A DNA stretch of 18,150 nucleotides, from positions 1-18,150 of the forward strand of contig JBBRBK010000038.1 in the NCBI GenBank assembly GCA_038205935.1, in the 5' to 3' direction. This DNA is from Campylobacterales bacterium. GTDB taxonomy: Bacteria > Campylobacterota > Campylobacteria > Campylobacterales > Sulfurimonadaceae. Made by a program: the position numbers and the translations under genes. Positions 10,490 to 17,641 of the stretch are shown here, in pieces; position 1 is the stretch's first letter; each line of letters begins with the position of its first letter. Below the pieces are notes generated by a model. That model saw nothing but the letters and a program-made list of their open reading frames with translations. It was not told the DNA's origin and did no database searches.

Positions 10490-11191
10490 TTATTTAAAGT
10501 GCAGACCGCACTCTTTATGTTTGGGGTTTTCCCACCACCATCTTCCGCTTCGAATGTCATCACCCTCTTTAACAGCTCTCGTACATGGAGCACATCCAAT
10601 ACTCGGATATCCTTTATCATGAAGCTCGTTGTATGGGACATCATTTTCTCTTATATATGCCCAGACCTCTTCATGAGTCCACGAGATAAGAGGATTGAGC
10701 TTAATAATATCATGACCCTCATCCCACTCTAAAAGCTGCATCTCTGTGCGTGTGACACTTTGTTCAGCGCGTAAACCGGTAATCCAAATACGCATCCCCT
10801 TGAGTGCTTTTTTTAAAGGAACTATTTTTCTGACAAAACAGCACTCTTTTCTATTTTCTACCGATTCATAAAAACCATTCAGCCCTTGTCTCTTATAAAG
10901 CTGTTCCAACTCTTCATAAGTGGGTTGATAACTCTCTACCGTGATCTCATATCTTATATTTGTTTTTTTCATGACATCATATGTTTCTGGGGGAAGTACA
11001 TAGGTATCAAGTGTAAATATCTTTGTATCTTTGTCTATCTTGCTTATCATATCTGTGAGGAGTTGATCTTCTGCTCCAAAACTCGATGAAAAGGTAATTT
11101 TCCCCTTATATTTTTCTAAAAAATATTCCAATATCTCTTGCGTTTTTTTGTGCTCAAACTTTTTATTTAAATGTTGTACTATCTCTGTCAT
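10490..11191 (-). CDS. cysH: CysH-family reductase of the APS reductase type ([4Fe-4S] motif)
   Basis: [30 protein letters not shown] and KECGLH. The CC...CxxC motif is present. Confidence 0.92.
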   Translation of the reverse strand: MTEIVQHLNKKFEHKKTQEILEYFLEKYKGKITFSSSFGAEDQLLTDMISKIDKDTKIFTLDTYVLPPETYDVMKKTNIRYEITVESYQPTYEELEQLYKRQGLNGFYESVENRKECCFVRKIVPLKKALKGMRIWITGLRAEQSVTRTEMQLLEWDEGHDIIKLNPLISWTHEEVWAYIRENDVPYNELHDKGYPSIGCAPCTRAVKEGDDIRSGRWWWENPKHKECGLHFK

Positions 11192-11200
11192 TTTTATCTC

Positions 11201-11431
11201 CTAAATCTGATAATCATTACTTGTAGGTTTATGCCTACCCAAGTTAATCTTGTTCCATACTCTTTCATGAAAATAGTAAAGAGTCATTTTTGTAAACAAC
11301 TCAACCGAGCCGATGGATGTTGCCATCGCTAAACTACCGGTAATCAGATAGGATATGATAACGGTGTCGATCGTTCCAATGGTTCTCCAAGAAATTGTTT
11401 TGACAACAGACCTGTATGCTTTTTCTTGCAT
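11201..11431 (-). CDS. Small membrane protein, DUF2061-like
   Basis: RSVVKTISWR...YYFHERVW pattern with two hydrophobic segments. Confidence 0.8.
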   Translation of the reverse strand: MQEKAYRSVVKTISWRTIGTIDTVIISYLITGSLAMATSIGSVELFTKMTLYYFHERVWNKINLGRHKPTSNDYQI

Positions 11432-11458
11432 TTTATTTTTTCCTTCTCTTTACATGTA

Positions 11459-12382
11459 TCACGAGATATCGTCATACAGTCCTGCACTTAAGTATCTCTC
11501 TCCCGTATCGCAAAGAATCGTGACAATCGTCTTGCCTTTGTTTTCTTTTCTATTTGCTACAAGTGAAGATACAAATACATTCGCTCCAGCAGATATACCC
11601 ACTAAAAGTCCCTCATTCTTTGCCAACTCTTTTGCAGTTTTAATGGCGTCTTCATTGCTGATCTGGATGATCTCATCATAAATTTTTTGGTTTAAAACAT
11701 CAGGGATAAATCCTGCTCCAATACCTTGGATCTTATGTGGACCTGCCGTTCCTCCTGAAAGTACATGAGAGTTTGTAGGCTCGATCGCGATGATCTGTAT
11801 ATGAGGATTATGTTTTTTTAAAATTTCCCCAACACCTGTTATCGTTCCGCCTGTTCCAATACTGGCAATAAAAATATCTACTTTGCCATCCGTATCTCGC
11901 AAAATTTCCAAAGCTGTTGTTCTTTCATGGATCTCAGGGTTTGCTTTATTTGCAAACTGTTGTGGTATGAAACTGTTGGGATACTCTTTTGCCAGTTCTA
12001 CAGCCTTGTCAACGGCACCTTTCATCCCAAAACTTGGTTCTGTTAGTACAAGCTCGGCGCCAAACGCTTTTAAAAGCTGTCTGCGTTCTAAACTCATAGA
12101 ACTTGGCATTGTCAAGATAAGTCTCATTTTAAGTGCTGCACAAACGCTTGCGAGTGCAATACCCGTATTCCCACTTGTTGGCTCAATAATGATAGAGTTT
12201 TCGTTTATTAGCCCCTCATTAAGCGCATTTTGGATCATATTGAATCCAATTCTGTCTTTTACTGAATGAGTAGGATTCATAAACTCACACTTCCCTAAAA
12301 CCAGTGCATTTGTACTTGCCGCTGTTAGTTTGACTAAAGGCGTATTGCCTATTAACTCTGTTATATTTTCTGCGAAATTCAT
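11459..12382 (-). CDS. cysK: Cysteine synthase A (O-acetylserine sulfhydrylase)
   Basis: IGNTPLV, SVKDRIG (PLP Lys), EPTSGNTG, GTGGT, HKIQGIG and DTGERYLS. Start corrected to the ATG at 12382, behind AAGGAG. Confidence 0.96.
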   Translation of the reverse strand: MNFAENITELIGNTPLVKLTAASTNALVLGKCEFMNPTHSVKDRIGFNMIQNALNEGLINENSIIIEPTSGNTGIALASVCAALKMRLILTMPSSMSLERRQLLKAFGAELVLTEPSFGMKGAVDKAVELAKEYPNSFIPQQFANKANPEIHERTTALEILRDTDGKVDIFIASIGTGGTITGVGEILKKHNPHIQIIAIEPTNSHVLSGGTAGPHKIQGIGAGFIPDVLNQKIYDEIIQISNEDAIKTAKELAKNEGLLVGISAGANVFVSSLVANRKENKGKTIVTILCDTGERYLSAGLYDDIS

Positions 12383-12401
12383 TGAATTCTCCTTTTTACT
12401 T

Positions 12402-12824
12402 TTATAAAGAAACGATTTCAATATTGTGGCGGCGGAGCAACTGAAATAACTTGCACCCAACACAAATATTTTTTGTCGCTTCAACAATTTTCCAAAACAC
12501 AAGGCTAAGAATGAGGACTACCGAGACGATATGCTCTTGCCCAAATTCGGACGCCAAGATAAAAATAAGAACCGTTAAAGCAATATTGTCAGCAAAAAAT
12601 TTTGCTTCTGCATCGACACCTTTTCTCTTAAGTCTCAAAACTTTTATGCACAGATGACTAAGAAGGTAAAAAGGGCTTAACCATGGCGAAATGTAAAGTC
12701 TTACAAAAAAATCGTAGGTAAGTAAGAAAAGCATTGGGTAATATCCAGAGTATAAATATCCGCACAGTACAGATGCTACTAAGATAGCATCAACTTTAGT
12801 TTGATTTTCATCGACTTGTTTCAT
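12402..12824 (-). CDS. Membrane protein, DUF4395-like
   Basis: N-terminal VDEN, about four hydrophobic segments, AKFFA and C-terminal ICVGC. Start corrected to the ATG at 12824, behind AAGGAG. Confidence 0.7.
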   Translation of the reverse strand: MKQVDENQTKVDAILVASVLCGYLYSGYYPMLFLLTYDFFVRLYISPWLSPFYLLSHLCIKVLRLKRKGVDAEAKFFADNIALTVLIFILASEFGQEHIVSVVLILSLVFWKIVEATKNICVGCKLFQLLRRHNIEIVSL

Positions 12825-12974
12825 GATCACTCCTTTATTATTTGATAACGTATTTATATATGAATGTTCATTCATTGTCAATCAGACCAAAATAAATTTA
12901 TTTTTTTGAAATGCACAAAGTGTTTAAAATCCTTTGTATAAGGGGCTTGAAGAAGGGTATAAAAATAATAATCT

Positions 12975-12999
12975 ATACCTTAGTATTATAGTAAGGATA
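12975..12999. promoter_or_regulatory. Candidate Rrf2-family (IscR/CymR-like) operator upstream of the cys operon
   Basis: ATACCTTAGTATTATAGTAAGGATA is a dyad (CCTTA-N9-TAAGG). By manual alignment it matches 19 of 25 positions of the IscR type 1 consensus as I recall it (ATASYYGACTRwwwYAGTCRRSTAT). Confidence 0.4.
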
Positions 13000-13191
13000 C
13001 TAATGTATAAATAAAACAAATTTGAATAAATCTCATTTTATAAATAAATAAAAGTTATAAAATAATAAATAGTAATATATTTTGATGAAAAGTAGAAAAT
13101 TATTTTGAAAGGGTATTGTCTTTAAACTAGTATCATCTTCCATGTTTAAGAATTTTCACTATAATTGAAAACTTACAAATTAGGATTATAG

Positions 13192-13347
13192 TTGCCAAGC
13201 ATGTCAGAACATCTTAAAAGTCCTTTCGGACTTTGGCAAAAGGTTAAAAATAAATTAGCTAACTTTAGATTATTTAAAAGATCTCTTTTAAAAATAGCCA
13301 TACAACAAATTTTAAATATTTACTCAAAAAAATTGATTAACTTTTAA
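13192..13347 (+). CDS. Possible 51-aa small protein (unannotated)
   Basis: TATAAT at 13160-13165 and AGGA at 13182-13185. TTG at 13192 (or ATG at 13201) opens a frame to TAA at 13345-13347. Confidence 0.3.
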   Translation: MPSMSEHLKSPFGLWQKVKNKLANFRLFKRSLLKIAIQQILNIYSKKLINF

Positions 13348-13364
13348 TCAATTTATAAATAAAT

Positions 13365-13395
13365 TTGACAAATTACGTATTTTTATCGCTATAAT
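13365..13395 (+). promoter_or_regulatory. Sigma70-type promoter for the 70-aa gene and the tRNA
   Basis: TTGACA at 13365-13370 and TATAAT at 13390-13395, 19-nt spacer. Confidence 0.6.
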
Positions 13396-13427
13396 GCTGC
13401 TCTATATTTTAAGAAGCGAGGGAATGC

Positions 13428-13640
13428 TTGTATATTGCCATCAGTAAAAAACCTTCAATAGAAGAAATTGCCGTATTTAACATGAAAGTCTCCGAAGAGG
13501 ACACCATAATTGATTATCGAATAGAGCTCGATTCTCTTGACCAAGCAACGAAAAAAGTCCTTTGTGAGTCTTACAATATCAAAGCAGAAAATATCGACAG
13601 CCTGACTAAAGTTGTTCTTTCTTATAACCATGAAATCTAA
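13428..13640 (+). CDS. Small hypothetical protein (70 aa)
   Basis: TTG start after GAGGGA, an upstream promoter and a plausible globular composition. Confidence 0.65.
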   Translation: MYIAISKKPSIEEIAVFNMKVSEEDTIIDYRIELDSLDQATKKVLCESYNIKAENIDSLTKVVLSYNHEI

Positions 13641-13678
13641 CTGCGTGGCGTAAAGCCACCAGTTCTCAAAGGGCACAT

Positions 13679-13752
13679 GCGGGCGTAGCTCAGTTGGTTA
13701 GAGCATCAGCCTTCCAAGCTGAGGGTCGGTTCGTGTATCTTCCCCCGCTCCA
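13679..13752 (+). tRNA. tRNA-Gly(TCC) with degenerate T-arm, probable pseudogene
   Basis: GCGGGCG acceptor 5' strand, D-arm GCTC/GAGC, anticodon arm TCAGC-CTTCCAA-GCTGA, variable loop GGGTC and 3' CCCGC-T-CCA. The T-arm region is only 14 nt and cannot pair. Confidence 0.85.
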
Positions 13753-13840
13753 TTAAAACTCTTCTGCTCTAAACTTACCTAAATTTTAAAACAACTCATA
13801 GAAAAAGCCCTACTTTTAGGTGTTTGCTAGTTACCATAAG

Positions 13841-13863
13841 ACTACTTCTGTTAAAGAAGTAGT
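13841..13863. terminator. Hairpin between the convergent tRNA and SDR transcripts
   Basis: ACTACTTCT-GTTAA-AGAAGTAGT forms a perfect 9-bp stem, followed by a T-rich run on the + strand. Confidence 0.6.
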
Positions 13864-13874
13864 TTAATTTTATA

Positions 13875-14585
13875 CTACCCTTGAATAGACATAGAAAACT
13901 CTTCTATAAGTTTTTCAGGTTCATTTTCTAATCTTTGTTTTACCATTTGTGAGAATCCATCAGGATATATCTCAAATTCATTATTTTTTATAGATGATAA
14001 AACTGCATTTACTATATCTTCTGGTTTTGTCTTTGGCATAGGAGAGCCCTCTGTCATTCTTGTTTCTATTGGTCCGGGAAGTACTTCATAAACTTTACCA
14101 CCAAAGAGTCCAAGCTCAGCTCTTAATGCTTGTGTAAATGAGTGCAATGCACTTTTAGATACACAGTAACTTGATAACGCTGGAAGATTAACAAGAGCTA
14201 ATATTGAAGTGATATTTATTACTGTACCTTTTGAGCTTTTTAGTTTTTCAAAAAGTGCTTGTGTTAAATTAATAGTACCCTTTAAATTTACTTCTAAATC
14301 TATAAAGCTATCATCAAATAAATTCATATTTGAATTTACACCAGCATTATTGATAAGGACATCTAGTGTATCTATTTTTGAAACAGCTTCATTTATAGAA
14401 TCTTTTGATGTAATATCCATCTGTATTACTTCTATAATGTCACTCATAGCTTTTATAGCTTCTAAACTTCTAGAATCTCTAGCAGTACAATATATTTTAC
14501 TTGGCTTTAGCTCTAGTACTTTCTTTACAAAGACACTACCTAAACCGCCATTAGCACCTGTTATTAATACAACTTTATTTTCCAT
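13875..14585 (-). CDS. Short-chain dehydrogenase/reductase
   Basis: TGANGGLG, INNAG, catalytic S and YCVSK, PGPIET. Confidence 0.93.
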   Translation of the reverse strand: MENKVVLITGANGGLGSVFVKKVLELKPSKIYCTARDSRSLEAIKAMSDIIEVIQMDITSKDSINEAVSKIDTLDVLINNAGVNSNMNLFDDSFIDLEVNLKGTINLTQALFEKLKSSKGTVINITSILALVNLPALSSYCVSKSALHSFTQALRAELGLFGGKVYEVLPGPIETRMTEGSPMPKTKPEDIVNAVLSSIKNNEFEIYPDGFSQMVKQRLENEPEKLIEEFSMSIQG

Positions 14586-14587
14586 TC

Positions 14588-15019
14588 TTAATCCTTTTGA
14601 ATATTATTATAAACTCTATTTAGAAGCTCTATTAGCTTCACTTGTTCATTTTCACTAAAATCTTTTGTAAGTTGTTCATTATATAAATTTGATATTGGGA
14701 TAACATCTTCAACTAAAGACTTGGATTTATCAGTTGCAAAAAGCTGAATTGCACGTCTGTCAGAATCATCTGATTTTCTATATAAATAATCTTTTTCAAC
14801 AAGTTTATCAATCATTCTTGTTAAATTACCTTGATCTTTATATGTTGAATCAGCTAATTCTTTTTGGCTTATTCCATCATTTTCTACAACTCTAAATATT
14901 ACAGACCATTGTTCAGGTGAGATACCATGACTTTTTATAAGTTGGTTAAAACTCATTTTTGTAGCTATAGCTGTTCTATTTAAAATAAATCCTAGAGATG
15001 TATCCATATTAAACTTCAT
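14588..15019 (-). CDS. MarR family transcriptional regulator
   Basis: GISQKELAD...LTRMIDKLVEKDYL...DRR winged helix. It lies 2 nt upstream of the SDR gene. Confidence 0.93.
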   Translation of the reverse strand: MKFNMDTSLGFILNRTAIATKMSFNQLIKSHGISPEQWSVIFRVVENDGISQKELADSTYKDQGNLTRMIDKLVEKDYLYRKSDDSDRRAIQLFATDKSKSLVEDVIPISNLYNEQLTKDFSENEQVKLIELLNRVYNNIQKD

Positions 15020-15051
15020 AATGTATTCCTATTTAGTAATGAACTAGAAGA

Positions 15052-15085
15052 ATTATATTTGTTTTAACAATAGTTGTCAAGACAA
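15052..15085 (-). promoter_or_regulatory. marR-SDR promoter with tandem palindromic operators
   Basis: Minus-strand TTGACA (15075-15080), 17-nt spacer and TATAAT (15052-15057). Palindromes TTGTT-TT-AACAA (15059-15070) and TTGTC-AA-GACAA (15074-15085) overlap the promoter. Confidence 0.75.
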
Positions 15086-15178
15086 GTATTATTAAAACAT
15101 ACAATACATGTAGAAATGCTAAAATGGCAAACAGCAAACAATTTTGATGCTCTTATCCTTATTTTTAAAGAATCTTAA

Positions 15179-16894
15179 ATGCAAAACACAGCCTTAAATA
15201 TATTAAAATCTGGAAATAATGTTTTTATTACTGGCTCTGCTGGAACCGGTAAAACATATCTTTTAAATACATTTATTTTTTATTTAAAATCAAGAAAAAT
15301 CATGCCATCTATCGTAGCTCCTACCGGTATTGCTGCATCACATTTACAGGGACAAACCATACACTCCTTTTTTAGTTTAGGTATTCGTGAGACAATAGAT
15401 GATTTTTATATTGAATCTTTATTGGAGAAAAAATATTTACAAACACGTTTTTCTAATTTAAAAGTGCTTATCATCGATGAAATTTCAATGGTTTCTCCTG
15501 AAATATTTACTTCAATAGATAAAATACTAAGAGCATTTAAAGAAAATGATAGACCATTTGGGGATGTTCAAGTAGTTTTATCCGGGGACTTTTTTCAGCT
15601 ACCTCCTATCTCTAAAGTGCCAAAGGACAAGCGTTTTGCATGGCAATCCTTGTCGTGGAAAGAGTTGGATTTAAAAACATGTTACCTAGAAGAAAAATTT
15701 AGACAAGATGATAATATCCTTATTAGTATTTTGGATGAAATTAGAAGTGGTAATGTTTCAAATAACTCCTATGATATTTTAAATTCAAGATACCAAAAAG
15801 ATCTTGGTATAGATTTTGAGCCAACAAAACTCTATACGCATAATGTAGATGTTGATAGAATCAATAATAATGAGTTAGCTAAAATTAATTCTAACCCCCA
15901 CTCATTTACTTACAAATCTGAGGGAAGTGTTGCAAATATTGGGAAGATATTTAAATCTTCTCTTGTTTTAGAAGAAATAGTCCTAAAGGTAGATGCTGTA
16001 GTGATGTTTATAAAAAATAACCATGAACAGGGCTACATAAATGGTACTACAGGTGTTGTAGTAGACTTTGACAAAGAAACGCAGCTACCCATAGTAAAAA
16101 CCTCTTATGGAACACTTATCAAGCTTGGCTTAGAAGATTGGACCGTAGAAAATGAGAGTGGAAATGTAGTTGCTAAAGTTTCTCAAATCCCTCTAAAACT
16201 TGCATGGGCAATTACTATACATAAATCTCAAGGGATGACTCTTGATGCTGCTGAGATAGATTTATCTAAAACTTTTGAAGTAGGGCAGGGATATGTAGCG
16301 CTTTCGCGTATTAAGAATATAGACGGACTTCGCCTGATGGGTTTAAATGATACTGCTTTAACTGTTGATCCACTCATTCTACATATCGACGATAGAATCA
16401 AAGCAGCTTCAAAAAAAGCAAGTGATGAGATATCGGCCATCTTGCCCAAAGACCTTGAAGAGATATTTGACGCTTATATTCAAAGAGTAGGTGGGATAAC
16501 TGATCTAGCTCAAATTAAAACTCAAGAAAAGATTCTAGAATCTGAGAAAAAAATTCTTTCTGTAAATACAACTCCTACTTACATTCAAACAAAAGAGTTG
16601 ATTGAAACATCCAACTCAATTTTAGAATTGGCAAATAATAGAGGTATGAGTAAAGCAACCATAATCAAACATTTGAGTATCTTAAAGGAACAAGATCCAG
16701 ACCTAGATTTAAATAAATTCTTACCAGATGAAAAAATTATTTTACTTATTAAAGACGCTGTCATAAAAATCAAAGCTGAGAATAACAAAGATAATTTTTC
16801 AGAAGATGGTCAACCTCGATTAAAACCTATTTTTGAAGCCTTGGATTCTCAGGTTGATTATGATGATATACGAATTTCCCTTTGGCAGTGTTAA
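15179..16894 (+). CDS. Pif1/RecD-like SF1B DNA helicase with C-terminal helix-turn-helix domain
   Basis: GSAGTGKT, APTGIAA, TIHSF, IIDEISM, GDFFQLPP, KFRQ, AWAITIHKSQGMT and YVALSR. The C-terminal ELANNRGMSKATIIKHL resembles an HTH. Extended -10 TGCTAAAAT at 15117-15125. Confidence 0.9.
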   Translation: MQNTALNILKSGNNVFITGSAGTGKTYLLNTFIFYLKSRKIMPSIVAPTGIAASHLQGQTIHSFFSLGIRETIDDFYIESLLEKKYLQTRFSNLKVLIIDEISMVSPEIFTSIDKILRAFKENDRPFGDVQVVLSGDFFQLPPISKVPKDKRFAWQSLSWKELDLKTCYLEEKFRQDDNILISILDEIRSGNVSNNSYDILNSRYQKDLGIDFEPTKLYTHNVDVDRINNNELAKINSNPHSFTYKSEGSVANIGKIFKSSLVLEEIVLKVDAVVMFIKNNHEQGYINGTTGVVVDFDKETQLPIVKTSYGTLIKLGLEDWTVENESGNVVAKVSQIPLKLAWAITIHKSQGMTLDAAEIDLSKTFEVGQGYVALSRIKNIDGLRLMGLNDTALTVDPLILHIDDRIKAASKKASDEISAILPKDLEEIFDAYIQRVGGITDLAQIKTQEKILESEKKILSVNTTPTYIQTKELIETSNSILELANNRGMSKATIIKHLSILKEQDPDLDLNKFLPDEKIILLIKDAVIKIKAENNKDNFSEDGQPRLKPIFEALDSQVDYDDIRISLWQC

Positions 16895-16989
16895 GTCCTA
16901 TTTTTATGATAAATTGTAACAAAATACGTCGTCGATTCTTTATTTAGATATTGAGGCATCAAAAATTCTTCATGATCCTGCGAGCAAAG

Positions 16990-17061
16990 AAGCTGTCAGC
17001 CTTTTTAAATTTGATGCCCATGCTGGTCTTTAATGTTTACTCTTACGTAGCCGATTAGCAA
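16990..17061 (-). pseudogene. Remnant of a serine recombinase (resolvase) N-terminus
   Basis: GAGGA SD at 17069-17073, then TTG at 17061 reading MLIGYVRVNIKDQHGHQI-stop (compare MLIGYARVSTxDQ). A shifted frame continues FKKADS (compare LKKAGC). Confidence 0.65.
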
Positions 17062-17073
17062 ACAACTATCCTC

Positions 17074-17406
17074 TTAAAAATTCTTACAAAGCAGCTGAAT
17101 GACTAGTTCATATTCAGCTGCTGTAATTTTTGCAATTTTATCTTTTATTCTTGTTTTGGAAAGTGTACGGATCTGATTGATTAAAATATCCGAATCCTCT
17201 TCCAAATTTTCTCGTTTAGAGATTCTCATTCTATATGGAGACATATCATCAATTAGATCAGTTGATATCGGCATTAAGATCACTGTATCCAAAATCGAGT
17301 TTTCATCATCTCCTGAGATAATAACAGCCGGTCTGATTTTACCAACTTCATCTCCTTTTTTTGGATAGAGATTGACGATAACTATGTCTCTTCTATTTAA
17401 TACCAT
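17074..17406 (-). CDS. Type II toxin, PemK/MazF family endoribonuclease
   Basis: RRDIVIVNLYP..GDEVGKIRPAVIIS, MPIST and QIRTLSKTRI. The probable start is the ATG at 17406 (alternatively 17409). Confidence 0.88.
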   Translation of the reverse strand: MVLNRRDIVIVNLYPKKGDEVGKIRPAVIISGDDENSILDTVILMPISTDLIDDMSPYRMRISKRENLEEDSDILINQIRTLSKTRIKDKIAKITAAEYELVIQLLCKNF

Positions 17407-17641
17407 CATCAACCCCGATTTCTGCGAATTCTAAATCTTGGTGATTTTTTAGCTTATGTAGTTTTGCTAGTTTCTCTTCCCTGTCAATTTTTTCTATAAT
17501 AGGTCTAATATAACTATCATATTTTGCAGAGATATAATATCCCAACGTCACATGTGCTCTTCTATCTATAATTTCTGCTATATCCATTGCTTTAATCAAT
17601 GAAGGTTTATTTTGAATATCTGTTATGCCATAGGTTAACAT
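17393..17641 (-). CDS. Putative antitoxin
   Basis: 82 aa, upstream of and overlapping the toxin, with an acidic tail. AAGGA SD and a minus-strand TATAAT at 17671-17676. Confidence 0.72.
   Translation of the reverse strand: MLTYGITDIQNKPSLIKAMDIAEIIDRRAHVTLGYYISAKYDSYIRPIIEKIDREEKLAKLHKLKNHQDLEFAEIGVDDGIK

Noticed and set aside
10480..10644. N-terminal extension of cysD overlapping cysH, and similar extensions on cysK (12383-12502), sufT (4241-4282) and the DUF4395-like gene
   Set aside because: Family similarity and SD positions point to the downstream ATGs, so the extensions are longest-ORF artefacts.
13333..13351. TTGAT...ATCAA as an FNR box
   Set aside because: The spacer is 9 nt, whereas FNR sites have 4 nt.
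13641..13662. GTGGC-GTAAA-GCCAC hairpin as a REP element or terminator
   Set aside because: It is a single copy in the window with no U-tract. It may simply be a leader stem before the tRNA.
16955..17018. Inverted repeat GGCATCAAA...TTTGATGCC as an ncRNA or MITE
   Set aside because: The arms are only 9 bp with no target duplication, and one arm lies inside the resolvase remnant.
110..17368. Many short opposite-strand or alternate-frame ORFs in the track (e.g. 110-331, 997-1344, 6850-7137, 10175-10732, 11883-12269, 14209-14658, 17177-17368)
   Set aside because: They are shadows of well-supported genes and have no recognisable motifs.
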